From NCBI GenBank assembly GCA_951406725.2, contig OX597814.1, positions 63,860,001-63,924,000 of the forward strand: a stretch of 64,000 bases of DNA, given 5' to 3'. Position 1 is the stretch's first letter. The number at the start of each line of letters is the position of its first letter. Below the pieces are notes generated by a model that was not told the origin of the DNA, ran no database searches, and saw only the letters and a list, made by a program, of their open reading frames with translations. The translations under genes and the position numbers were made by a program. This stretch comes from Octopus vulgaris. Lineage: Eukaryota. This document shows positions 1-12,704 of the stretch, in pieces.

Positions 1-640
1 TGCTTCTATCTCTAAGGAACTGCTCGATAAAGCCCTCACGTTCGCAAGCGAAGTTATAGAAATTAGTACACAAGATAAGGACATCTTCCATGCTAGAAAG
101 GTTTTACTCTTCGGTGAGAACGCAGAGTGGATTAACACAATCGATACAGAGGGTGCCTTCGATGTGAGCATGGGATCATATGATGGAGCAGGCATATGCG
201 ATCTCATTAGACTATTCCTACTCGATACATTGAGTAAAACTTTATCTGGTATATATTTCGCCATTTACAAAGATGGAGCTCTAGCTTTAACTACGAACCG
301 CAATGGACCAGCGCAAGATCGGCTTAGGAAGAACATTATTCAAATGATGAAAACATTTGATCTTAGCATAACAATAAATACCAACCTGACAGTTGTAAAT
401 TTCCTGGATGTAGCTTAAGATTTAAATAAGAATATTTAGAAACCCTATAGAAAGCCCAACGATAGACTTAGCTATATTAAAGTAGGTTTCTGCCATCCCA
501 CCATAGTATTTAAGAATTTAGTTAAAAACATTAGCAAGATAATTCCTAATATAAACATTTTTAATAGTGTTGCCCCAATATATAAAGCTCTAAAAGATAG
601 TTTAGCGAGAAAATAATGCGAGGAAATAACTTATACACAT
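1..640 (+). mobile_element. Penelope-like retroelement, decayed RT fragment (Naiad/Hydra-like type, tentative)
   Basis: Translation gives FDVSMGSYDGAGICDLIRLFLL...IYKDG...NGPAQDRLRK...VNFLDV*DL...KPYRKPND...HP, matching PLE RT core and thumb motifs. Stops are present. Confidence 0.85.
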
Positions 641-689
641 GTTATTGGTATATATACGAATGCAAGACTCTACCCGTTGTACTTGTCTC

Positions 690-773
690 CTTCCTTCATA
701 CATATATGTATGTATATACGCTTATATATCTGCAAGTGTAGATGTGTTTGACAGACAGGAGGGTGTATTTGTG

Positions 774-805
<32 letters not shown>

Positions 806-1250
806 GTATATTCAAGTTTTGCGGCGAATGTGAACGGTTTACGGTTTATGTTGTTTGTGTATGTTTTTGTTTGTATATACGTCTATCCGCGTATATATGT
901 GTATGTGCGTATAGAGACGTGTATATGAACATAATGATGCGTGCGTTTTTGCGTATGGGTTTTTATTTGCATATACGTATTTCCGCGTATGTATATGCAT
1001 GTGGGTATAAACTACGTTTTGTATATCTGAGTATGTATGTGTGTGCGCGTGTAGAGATGTGTATATGAGCGTAGTGATGCGTGCATGGGTATATATGCGT
1101 GTGTATGTGCGTGTATGCGTAGACATATATATATATAGGTGTATTTGTATGTATATGTACACGTATGTGTGAGTATGCATATAGATATATATATATACAT
1201 GTGTGTGTGTGTGCGTACGTGTATGTGTGTTTGTATATGTGTGCATATGC
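690..1250. repeat. Degenerate (TA)/(TG)/(TATG) microsatellite interrupting the PLE
   Basis: Direct inspection. The ORFs here are repeat translations. Confidence 0.9.
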
Positions 1251-1364
1251 GGATTCTATGAATGAAGTATAGCTTTCCCATGCCTATTGGAATAGTTCCC
1301 CTTTATTCAACTAATACACCTACTTGTTCCCTCACCTGTCTTCGTCCTTTATTTTCTGTACCCA

Positions 1365-1584
1365 CCAGTCATCCTTCAGGTGGAAAGTAATAGATCATCC
1401 AGGCCCATATATTCATGAAAGAGGTCGTTGCAGAATCTACATCGCGGAGAGAGCCAGAATTCTTAAGGACTATACTAAACCTGGCGCGTTAAATAGTCGT
1501 AAAGAAGTTGTTTTTTTTTCTTCTAAATGTGTCCACTTCAAGCGCTACCTACTGGAAAATTGGATCTTCCCGTTTGCTAGTTAG
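1365..1584 (+). pseudogene. C-terminal part of the PLE GIY-YIG endonuclease
   Basis: FRWKVIDHPGPY...CRIYIAE...LNSRKE...KCVH matches the W-x-I..PY..CxxCxxE..LN.R.E..C.H tail of PLE endonucleases. Same strand as the RT at 1-640. Confidence 0.7.
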
Positions 1585-1740
1585 GCTTTTTCGGGTCTAT
1601 AAATGTCTTTTTTTTATCCTCTGGTTCAGGAGAGACAACCCGACCTCATTAACATTTTTCTACGTGTTAAGACTTAAATCACGATTTCTGAGCGTTTCCT
1701 CACGTACGCGACGTAGAATATTAATTTTTTTTGTCTTTGT

Positions 1741-1805
1741 ATAGAGGCTGTTGAGCTGTCCACAAGGCTTTGGTTTTGTGGATACGAAACTTTTGGTAAC
1801 TCTAT
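1741..1805 (+). ncRNA. Type I hammerhead ribozyme-like motif at the PLE 3' end (core variant CUGUUGA)
   Basis: Stem I ATAGAG/CTCTAT; core CTGTTGA; stem II TGTCCACAA/TTGTGGATA; GAAA; short stem III; GUA site. Confidence 0.7.
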
Positions 1806-2261
1806 GCCCCAAATTAAAATTTTTGTTGTAATAATTACTGCTCTATTCTGTAGAGTGTGCTTCTTTTCTGATATGTGTTTTAATGTGTGCAAGTGTATGC
1901 GTACGTCTTTGAGTTTGTGTCTCACCGCTTGCAATTAATCTTTTAATATTTATTTGCATAACTGCAGTCAAGGCGTTTGGCAAAGAAATGATACTATAGA
2001 ATAATTTAGTACTGGAGTCGACTTGATTGTCTAAAATATCCCTTCAGTGCAATACGGCATCATGGACGCCATCCAATGACTGAAGCAAGTCAAAGAATAA
2101 CAGAATATTAAAAAAATATTAGTGACAGGGTGGTCGTAAATGGAATATATATGAAATCGGCGAGTCTATTCTTTGCATATATTTATGCTTATAATTATCG
2201 GGAAGCATTATATTTATGTTCGTAATAGTGGGAAAGCAACTGATTAATATTTACCATAGCA

Positions 2262-2476
2262 AAGGCGGCGAGCTGGCAGAACCATTAGCACGCAGGGCGA
2301 AAAACGTAGCCGTATTTCGTCTGCCGTTACGTTCTGAGTTCAAATTCCGCCGAGGTCGACTTTGCCTTTCATCCTTTCGGGGTCGATAAATTAAGTACCA
2401 ATTGCGCAATGGGGTCGATATAATCGACTGGTCCCCCTCCCCAAAACTTTTGGGCCTTGTGCCTAGAGTAGAAAAG
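2262..2476 (+). mobile_element. tRNA-derived SINE, family A
   Basis: A-box-like GGCGAGCTGGCAGAA, B-box GAGTTCAAATTCC and core GCCTTTCATCCTTTCGGGGTCGATAAATTAAGTACC. Many copies in the window. Confidence 0.9.
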
Positions 2477-3710
2477 TGTATATATTTATGCTCGTAATAG
2501 AGGGAAAGCAACTGATAAATATGTACGTGCATGAGTGATTTGTTCCAGCAGTCAAATATCAAATGTCTTTATTTCAACTTCTCTTTTTTTATCCCATCAA
2601 GCCCTTCACCCCTTTTCCTCCTCATCAACTTTTTCATTCCTTGTCACCTCTTCATTCCTTCATCTTTTCACACTTTTCAATTTATTTACAAGCTATATTA
2701 TTCACAATATACGCACACCTACGCACAACTGTTTGTCTCATCTACTCTGTTACCCACCAAATTATCTACAAGTCTATCCATGTCTGCACACACTCACCCA
2801 TTGAACAAAACAACCACCCTATGTATGAGACCTATTTATGTCAATTCATCAAAATTTCTTTTATTTTACCTTCTTATCTGCAAGTATCTTCTAACGGCAA
2901 ACAAGCAATGAAAATTTCTTTCAGCGCCAATAAATGAACGTCAGTCTTATATTGTTTATCTTTGTATAGTAGTTGGGTGAGATATGTGATACGATGAGAT
3001 ATATCTCGTGTTGCAAAGAACTGAATGTCAGTATTGATTATAATCAACTGATTTGACGAAATGGTCATTTATCGACCTAAGTCTTGTCAATAATTGTTCT
3101 TTCGCCGGGCCAGTTCACTGTATTTCTAACTAGGAGAGTTTTGTAAACACAGTCCTTAGAGTATGGGGTTTCAGTCAAGGTCAGTGTGTCTTCTATGGGT
3201 TCACACTAGCAAAATAGTAAATTGGGAATCCACAATGGTATTTTAAGGGCCATAAAATGTTTTGGTTTTGATGTATATTTTGCAAGAAACAATGAGCTTT
3301 CCTTCTCTAAAATCCAACATAGTTCAACCTCCATAAGATAATGTGTGAAAAACAAAATAGGAATTTTGAAAAAAGTATCTATAAAACTAGTTTGTGAACA
3401 TCAAATGGTTATGGGGTGGGGAGGTGTCTTCCAAAATAAAATAGTAAACAAAGGGTCCATGTGTAAAAAATGGATAAAAACAACTGAATATAACCGATAA
3501 TACTTACTATGGACCATTTTCTCTCCGCTACAAAGGTTGAAAAGTATTCTCATTCATATTACAGTGACTAGGTGCTCTAAATCATGCACCTCTCTCTCTC
3601 TCACACACACACACACACTCTTTCTCTGTAACACAAGCATATATAAATAGCGTATTTGTGCGCATGTGTGCATGGATGTGCAAAAGCTTTTTTTGTTGTT
3701 GCTTCTCATT

Positions 3711-3764
<54 letters not shown>

Positions 3765-4016
3765 CAAATATATACGTTTTTATTATTATTTTGCAATTTA
3801 CTTAATCATCGGTATAGTATTGTTATTTTATTTTTAATATTTCTATTATATGTCATTTTCTAGATGGTGTAATTTAATTGTTCATTTTGAATTGATAAAA
3901 GGTGGGTTTTTTCTAATTTTTATGTATATATATTATATTTTGTGAAATTTGATTTAGTATTTCTAAATTGAATCTTTCCCTGTAAGTTAGGAATAATATT
4001 CCCTCAAATAATTATT

Positions 4017-4074
<58 letters not shown>

Positions 4075-4080
<6 letters not shown>

Positions 4081-4796
4081 GGCCCCTAAGTTAGGATGCC
4101 GAGTGCTGAGGACACAAAAAGAAGATGAACTTATCGAAATGTTTTTGATTTTCACTCTCGATAAGTTCATCTTCTTTTTGTGTCCTCAGCACTCGGCATC
4201 CTAACTTAGGGGCCTTTAATTGTATTACTACATGAATAATATTTTTCTATACGAATAATATTTTTGTCTTATGACTGATTCGTCTTTTGTGCTGGGCACC
4301 TGGTAGTAACTAATATTTCTACCCTTCTTGTTTATATTCGCATATTTACATGATGAATTTATTCGTAAAATTCTTCCCGGCATGCCCTATACTGCCGTGT
4401 AGATTTTGCGTCTGCGCAGAGATTTGAAAAGTTAAGATCTGCTAGTAGTCGAGATCGACACATGTTCTCACATCGCTGCAGACCTCGATTCAATTTAGGC
4501 GACTCGTTGATAAAGCCAGCCTTAGCAAACATATTTTGTGTTTTGCTAGAAAGAGGCAGAAACTGATCGGTCCGAGGAGTAAAGTTATCGGTAAATGTTT
4601 TTGATTTTCACTCTCGATAAGTTCATCTTCTTTTTGTGTCCTCAGCACTCGGCATCCTAACTTAGGGGCCTTTAATTGTATTACTACATGAATAATATTT
4701 TTCTATACGAATAATATTTTTGTCTTATGACTGATTCGTCTTTTGTGCTGGGCACCTGGTAGTAACTAATATTTCTACCCTTCTTGTTTATATTCG
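4075..4796 (+). mobile_element. Non-coding partial-tandem element (456-bp unit) with inverted 5' segment, inserted in (TA)n; pLTR/retrozyme-like
   Basis: 4137-4340 is identical to 4593-4796. 4075-4137 is a perfect inverted copy of 4158-4220. (TA)n lies on both flanks. Confidence 0.8.
4503..4576 (+). ncRNA. Degenerate type I hammerhead motif
   Basis: Stem I CTCG/CGAG; core TTGATAA (two changes from CTGATGA); long stem II GCC..GGC; GAAA; near-palindromic stem III ACTGATCGGT; GUC site. Confidence 0.55.
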
Positions 4797-4967
4797 TATA
4801 TATATATATATATAAGAGAACAAAGTGTACGTACGCCGCTATATATATAAAATAAGATACAAAATAGGACAAGAACGCAAAACATCTGGACAAATAGGTG
4901 ATACAAAAAAGGACAACAAAGCATCCAGATAGACGATACAAAAAAAAAACACGGAGGGGTCATTAGA

Positions 4968-5025
4968 AGCCTTTTATCTTTAGTCAAGGACCGGATCATC
5001 CTCGCAATTTCGGCTGATTATCTTG
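4968..5025 (-). ncRNA. Truncated permuted hammerhead motif
   Basis: Minus strand reads CAAG..AGCC-GAAA-TTGCG..linker..CTTGA-CTAAAGA-TAAAA-GGCT. Same strand order as the 42.1 and 43.3 kb motifs; the cleavage strand is lost. Confidence 0.5.
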
Positions 5026-5695
5026 CGCCAAAATTTGAAACCAATGTTATCTAAAGATCAAATTTTAGATTATAAATCGTTTCTTTTTATTTTTACATTC
5101 TCCTCACATCTGCCTGTAACCTGATGCACTGCTGTATATTTAATCATGTTTTAGTTATGTGTCTTACCTAATTACTTATTAAGTACTTTTACTCAGCGAC
5201 AGTAGATATAATTTTCTGCTGTTAAAGAGTCGATTAAATTTACTCCACGTACTATATATAATCGCACGTTGGCGATTTGAAATTATGTCTTCCAAATGCA
5301 ATATTTTTGTATTATTTCCTTTTCGGTCTTACTAATGCAGCTGGCGTCTAGTTAAGAATATTATAACTATAACTTATTTTTATTGACTAATATTGAAATG
5401 CTTATATCATATTTTATGAAAAAATAGCATCGTTAGTTGTATGTGCCTAACGATGAAGACAACGAAAAAGTGGCACCTGTGCAATTGTATGAAACAAATC
5501 TACATTTTCATAGTTTAACTCCGTTAGTGATTTACTAGTTTTAGTAGACTTCTAACAAATTAAGTATAGTAGTTAGAAAATATTGCACTAATATATATCT
5601 CTCCAACACTGTTCATTAAGATATATCTCTTGATTAACCCCTCTCTTGATCGGTGAGGAAATACCATTCGTCAGCATTCCTATCCGAATGGGTTA

Positions 5696-6083
5696 TTCTT
5701 TTACTTGTTTCAGCCATTTTACTGCAGCCATGCTGGAGCACCACCTTTAGTTAAGCAAATCGACCCCAGGACTTATTCTTTGTAAGCCTAGTACTTATTC
5801 TATCGGTATCTTTTGCCGAACCGCTAAGTTACGGGGACGCAAACACACCAGCATCGGTTGTCAAGTGATGTTGGGGGGACAAAGACAGACACACAAACAC
5901 ACACATATATATACATATATACAACGGGCTTCTTTCAGTTTCTGCCTACCAAATCCATTCACAAGGCTTTGGTCGGCCCGAGGCTATAGTAGAAGACACT
6001 TGCCCAAGGTGCCACGCAGTGGGACTGAAACCGGAACCATGCGGTTGGTAACCAAGCTACTTACCACACAGCCACTCCTACGC
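5696..6083 (-). mobile_element. tRNA-derived SINE, family B (CORE-like ACCTTGGGCAAGT, LINE-like 3' tail)
   Basis: Near full-length copy, highly similar to those at 15.9, 26.7, 34.7, 35.6 and 52.9 kb. Confidence 0.9.
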
Positions 6084-7444
6084 CTTTCTGAGTTTTTTTT
6101 ATATTTCCTAACTTTAATAGTTTTTACAAAATGCACAGTGGTTGGAATTTTAGCTCTTTTATGTCATCAGCGTTTTGCTCTAGCTTTTACTGTCTCATGT
6201 TCCCACTCATACCCTCACCTACTGCTTTCTTTACCGACACTAGCATGCATTCATATACGCAAACGTATGAATATATGTACACAAAGTGGCACGCTCAGTA
6301 CTTAATTTACAATTTAATACGTTAACTGGGCTGATCTGATACGATTTTATTGCTGAAAAATGCAATTACATATTTACACTTTTCAATGTCAGCGATTTTA
6401 CATCCCGGGGTTTTAACAATAACACCAGGGTATTATTTCAAATATATTTTATCCAATGATCCTGTGAAGCTAAATATGTTAAATCGTGCTGAAATGAAGA
6501 AGCAATCTAATGTCTTTTGCATATTTGTTGCGTGTTTGCTTCCTTTCACGCGCACTAGTTATTTATTCATTATGTAATTCCCTTTTCTGACCATCAACAT
6601 TTGGCATCTTTGTACATATTCCGCACCAACTTATTTTAGTGGGCATTAAAAGTGACGAAAAGAGAAACGACTGCAAATTGTAATGGAAATTTTCTTCCGT
6701 ATTTGCTGAAATGATAAAAATAACATTTCTCATTGAAATAATGTTGTCTTCTTCACCGTATAGTTGTTCTTTACATTTAACTATGAGTAGCTTACTATGC
6801 TTGCTGAGGATGGCATCTTTGGGTAATTTTCATCACGAAGGGGTTAGGCGACCCATGAAGCGTTAACTGCTTTGCAGTATTTTATATACGCCCTTTACAT
6901 TATGAATTCAAGTCTCACTAAAGCCAGCTTTGTCTTTCCTACTTTTGGGAAGATGAAATACAATACCAGTCAAGTACTGGTGGCGAAAGTTTGGACCATG
7001 ACCTTTCTTTAAGTAAGAAAGCAATATATTTCTAACGTTGAGGATACTGGGTATGCAACAAGTAAATTCTGGTTAATCTGGAGTAAAATTTCGATATAGA
7101 GTTCTTAAATACAGAAAACTAAAAAAATGTGTGAAAAGGAGAATAAAAATACAAAAGATCCGTACATATCTAAAAAGCTATAGAATAGTGAAATCAGCCC
7201 TACATATCGGGAGGTGGTATCTGCTAATTCGGATCGCGAAGGAAATTTCAAAAACATACTTTTTGAGTTCAGTTCATGAAGTAAAAGTATATATAATAAA
7301 ACACTATATTTTTGTCCTGACAGTCACGCTTGGGGGAAAAGCAGGGTAAAACAAGAAACAGAGTGAGAGTGAGTGACAGTCGGAGGCAGTAAAGCATGCA
7401 AACAACCTTCAGAGATTTTGGATTTTATGAGTTTTACAAACACA

Positions 7445-7514
<70 letters not shown>

Positions 7515-8024
7515 AACGAACAAACATATTTTATGAAATTAAATATTAAACCCTCGTTTTTTAAAATTTCATCGTTCCCTTAACACGTATATAAATGCTA
7601 TCTGAATGAGAATATATATGTGTGTGTGTATTTGTGTGTGTGTAAAAGAGTGCGTGTATATGTATATGTATATATGTATGTATGTATATATATATATATA
7701 ATTATATATTTTTATATATATATGTGTATACATATATATGTTTGTGTGTGTGTGCATTATATGTATATGTTTATATATTTGCATACATATTCATTTTATT
7801 CTTTGGTTTTAGTCCATTCTTCCATGCTTGGCCTTTCCAAGCAAAGGATAACATATTTTACTGATTACATTGATCTAATAAATGATAATAAATATACGCG
7901 CGCGCTCACACAAATTCACACACACACACGCATATACAAATATGTATATATATATATATATGCACATCCATAGGTAACACCAAATATGTAACACCAAATA
8001 TGAGATTATGTATATGTGTATGTA

Positions 8025-8106
<82 letters not shown>

Positions 8107-8504
8107 TATATACATGCACTTTCATATACATACATAAATTCATACATACAAACAAACATATATATATAAATACATACATATATAGATATATACAAACATA
8201 CATACACACATACATAAATACACACATACATATATACATACATACACACACACACCCACACATATATATATATAGTCAGGTTTTGAACCATGGATACAGC
8301 CGAACAGGCTTCCACATACACAGTCTCTCTCCATCCAAGTTCTCTGATTATGTTTTGAGCGACCAAATATATGCATGAAGTACCTTACAGAACTACTCTT
8401 TGTACGTTGCACATAACTTGTGTTTGCTTTGTGCTTTAGTAATTACTAAGATATCTGTTAAAGTAACGATTTATATTTCGAGATCATAGTTTTTGAATAA
8501 GTTC

Positions 8505-8882
8505 AAGGCCACCAGCTAGGAGAATCATTAGCACACTGAACACAATGCTTTGCGGCATTTCGTCCGTCTTTAAGTTCTAAGTTCAAATTCCGTTGAGGTC
8601 GACATTGGCTTTTATTGTTTCGGAGTCGATAAAAATATGCTAAGTAGCTTGCTTACGAACCACATGGTTCCGAGTTCAGTCCCACTGCGTGGAACCTTGG
8701 ACAAGTGTCTTCTAATATAGCCTCGGGCCGACCAAAGCCTTGTGAATGGATTTGGTAGACGGAAACTGAAAGACGCCCGTCGTATATATGTATATATATT
8801 TGTGTGTGTGTATATGTTTGTGTATCTGTGTTTGTTCCCCCAACATCGCTTGACAACCGATGCTGGTGTGTTTACGTCCCCT
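8505..8882 (+). mobile_element. SINE A fragment followed by SINE B fragment
   Basis: Similarity to the other copies in the window. Confidence 0.85.
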
Positions 8883-9239
8883 TAAAAGTTACTCTTCACG
8901 AAGTTAAAGAAACAATAAGAAGAGCGTGACGGTTATTGGTAATAAACAGATTGACTCTTTATTAAAATGAAAATGAAACGAATGGACAATATTTCGACCC
9001 CCATGTGTCTTTTATAGAATGAAATGAAATTCAAAGATACGAAACGCTGAAACATTCAAAATTAAACAGGAATAACTGCGTTTATTTCCCGGTATAACAA
9101 CATCATCAGTCTTCGGTCTTTCGCAAAAGGTAGCAGAAGGAAGGAAAAAGCTAAAAGCAAAAGGAAAGAAAAGAACAAGGTAAAAAAATTATTCAGTCAA
9201 AAACTTTAGTGTAAATATGGTGGAATTCACCTGCTATTT

Positions 9240-9458
9240 TATTAATTTCTCCAGGCTGAAAACCTATAAAGATAGATATATTTGTGAACTGTTGAAATCT
9301 GACCTTGGATGGGCATGCTCAGCTGATTAAAGTCAAACAACTGACAAGTAAATCTGTGGTATTGAGCAGAATATTTGCTCTAGCCCATCTTTTATACCAA
9401 GACAAAACAATGTATATGATAACACATCTAATCAGTTAAGATCAGAAGCCATGAGACC
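9240..9458 (-). mobile_element. Fragment of a (TAA)n-associated non-coding repeat
   Basis: Shares AAATCTGTGGTATTGAG...GTTAAGATCAGAAGCCATGAGA with 10465-10575. Confidence 0.7.
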
Positions 9459-9968
<510 letters not shown>

Positions 9969-10062
<94 letters not shown>

Positions 10063-10133
10063 CATCATCATCATCATCATCATCATCATTATTATTATTA
10101 TTATCATCATCATCATCATCATCATTATTATTA

Positions 10134-10167
<34 letters not shown>

Positions 10168-10214
10168 CATCATCATCATCATCATTATTATTTTTATTAT
10201 AATAATTATTATTA
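9969..10214. repeat. (ATT)n/(ATC)n compound microsatellite
   Basis: Direct inspection. Confidence 0.95.
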
Positions 10215-10600
10215 TTGAGTGAGAGAGCAATGCATGCCATCAAAGTGACACTGGGTTAAGATATACAAAGCCCAATATGCCCATCATGACTACCCGTTTG
10301 ATAAGGCTACACTAGGCACATGCATCACAACCATATGTGCGTGACATGTTTCCAGAGGTGAATCATCTAAACCCAAAAGAATTCCTCTCAACACATGGCT
10401 ATGATGCTCTCCCACTACTTCTGCTTGTGATCACAGATGCACATATCGTCAGTCACTAACTAGCAAATCTGTGGTATTGAGTAGAATATTTGCTGTAGCT
10501 CATCTTTTACACCAAGACAAAACAACGTACATGATAACACTTCCAATCAGTTAAGATCAGAAGCCATGAGAGCCACTGCCAGGTACTGAATCAGAGAGTT
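10215..10600 (-). mobile_element. (TAA)n-tailed non-coding repeat copy
   Basis: Ends CTCTCTCACTC(AAT)n on the minus strand. Homologous to 10946-11310. Confidence 0.75.
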
Positions 10601-10601
10601 T

Positions 10602-10635
<34 letters not shown>

Positions 10636-10743
10636 CCACCACCAACAATAACATCCACCACCACCACTACCACCATTACCATCACCATCGTCATCATCAT
10701 CATCATCACCATCACCATCACCACCATCATCACCATCACCACC

Positions 10744-10794
<51 letters not shown>

Positions 10795-10877
10795 GTCATC
10801 GTCATCATCGTCGTCATCGTCATCATCGTCGTCATCATCACCATCGTCATCATCGTCATCATCGTCATCATTATCAT

Positions 10878-10909
<32 letters not shown>

Positions 10910-10916
10910 GCAACAG

Positions 10917-10945
<29 letters not shown>
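10601..10945. repeat. (ATC)/(ACC)/(GTC)/(AGC)/(ATT) compound trinucleotide tract
   Basis: Direct inspection. Confidence 0.95.
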
Positions 10946-10947
<2 letters not shown>

Positions 10948-11309
10948 GAGTGAGAGAGCAATGAATGGCAACAAAGTGACACTGGGGTAAGATATACGAA
11001 GCCCAATATACCCATCGTGACTACCCGTCTGATAAGGGTACATCAGGCACATGCCTCACGACCATACGTGCGCGACATGGTGATTTCATATGAAGATAAA
11101 CAGCGCATGACCTTGCAGGTGGGAGCTCATTTAGAATTTTCTTCAGGTCGGGGAGCCCATCCTGCTCAAAAGGTCGCTGAATAAGTGTTGTTTGAGGATA
11201 TTGAACGAAACAACCATGTTTCCAGAAGCGAAACATCTAATCCTCCAAGAAACTTTCTCAACGCATGGCTACGATGTTCCCCCACTACTTCTGCTCATGA
11301 TCAGAGATG

Positions 11310-11310
<1 letters not shown>
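10946..11310 (-). mobile_element. (TAA)n-tailed non-coding repeat copy
   Basis: Same terminus as the 10215 copy, with different internal deletions. Confidence 0.75.
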
Positions 11311-11340
<30 letters not shown>

Positions 11341-11918
11341 TCCATGTTGTTTTCTATCATTCTTCGTCTTCTCTTTCTCTTTGTTTTCCTCATCCTACTT
11401 GTTCGATTTCTTCTTTGTCGTCGTCTTTGGTTGTTATAAGACTTGTACATAGCTGCTCAAAGAACAAATAAAGAAAAAAAACGATAGGGTTCAAAGGAAT
11501 TTGAACATGTAAGATTGAGCTATAGATGTAACTACCATAATTGGCCTTAGTTCACTAAATATTAGCGGCAGATTCCTTTATGAAGTGCCTCAAATTCATA
11601 GATTTATAAACGCATTTGTCTGCATTTTTAATATGCTCTCAATTAATTCCTCGTTATATTTAACGCTTGGGCACTTCTGCATTGCTTACCAACCATAGCA
11701 GTATCTTTTTATTACTTCAAAGTCTATTAGTAACTAAAGACGTTGCAGATACAATACTGCATTACCATAATTTCATAATGTGTACATCGATGCACGAATA
11801 TGGATACATATATATGCATGCGAATGTATCTATAGTAGATATAAATACAGAGACGCATGTATACATGAGTGTGTGTGCAAGTATATATATATATATATAT
11901 ATATACATACAGCTGGAG

Positions 11919-11949
<31 letters not shown>

Positions 11950-12178
11950 TGTATGTGTGTAACGTGCCCTTATAATTATATGGTATTTTATAGATGAATC
12001 TATAAAATACGCTAGCTAAATTAACCAGATTATAGCTGCAGTCAAATTTCAATACATAAATATATCAAAGAAAGTCTGCTTGCTATTCTTATGTTAAGTT
12101 ATGTATGCACACACACTTATATAAATCATCTGTTTATGTTTCTCTTTCCGTCTCTTTCTCTCTCCCTCTATGTGTGTA

Positions 12179-12226
<48 letters not shown>

Positions 12227-12704
12227 TATATATATATGCTTATAGGTATATACATATATATATAAATGTATATATATGTATATATAAGTATATGTGTGTA
12301 TAACATATTCTCTCTAAATACACGTATATATATATATGCATATATACGTAAACATGCAGGTATAATTTTGGTTATATAATGTATATAATTATTTATCTCT
12401 ATATTATAGCTGATATAAATGTTGCTTTCTTGATTTCTCTAAACACGCTATATATCGTATAAACAGACAGATTAATTGAATGATACATATAGCGAGTTAA
12501 CAAAGAGAGGTGCAGAACGTGTGCACATACTAGGCTTCTTTGCAGGCAATGAGAAAACGAACACCAGGCATACAGAGGAAAGTGAGTGAGAGTATATATC
12601 TACCTAGCTAGAATGGAATAAGCGGAGCAAGAGCATACACGAAAATGAAAGTGTCGTTGAAGAGGTCACTTATGGGTGACGAAAGGTTTACAGACAATAG
12701 ACAT

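Noticed and set aside
4100-4200. CTGAGGA within the 63-bp hairpin as an HHR core
   Set aside because: No matching stem I or cleavage triplet.
4137-4796. CRISPR-like or prokaryotic system
   Set aside because: No repeat-spacer array, cas genes or operon structure anywhere; the DNA is eukaryotic.
8985-9120. Minus-strand CTGATGA..GAAA and GTC-GAAA-TATT motifs
   Set aside because: The stems do not close properly, so an HHR cannot be supported.
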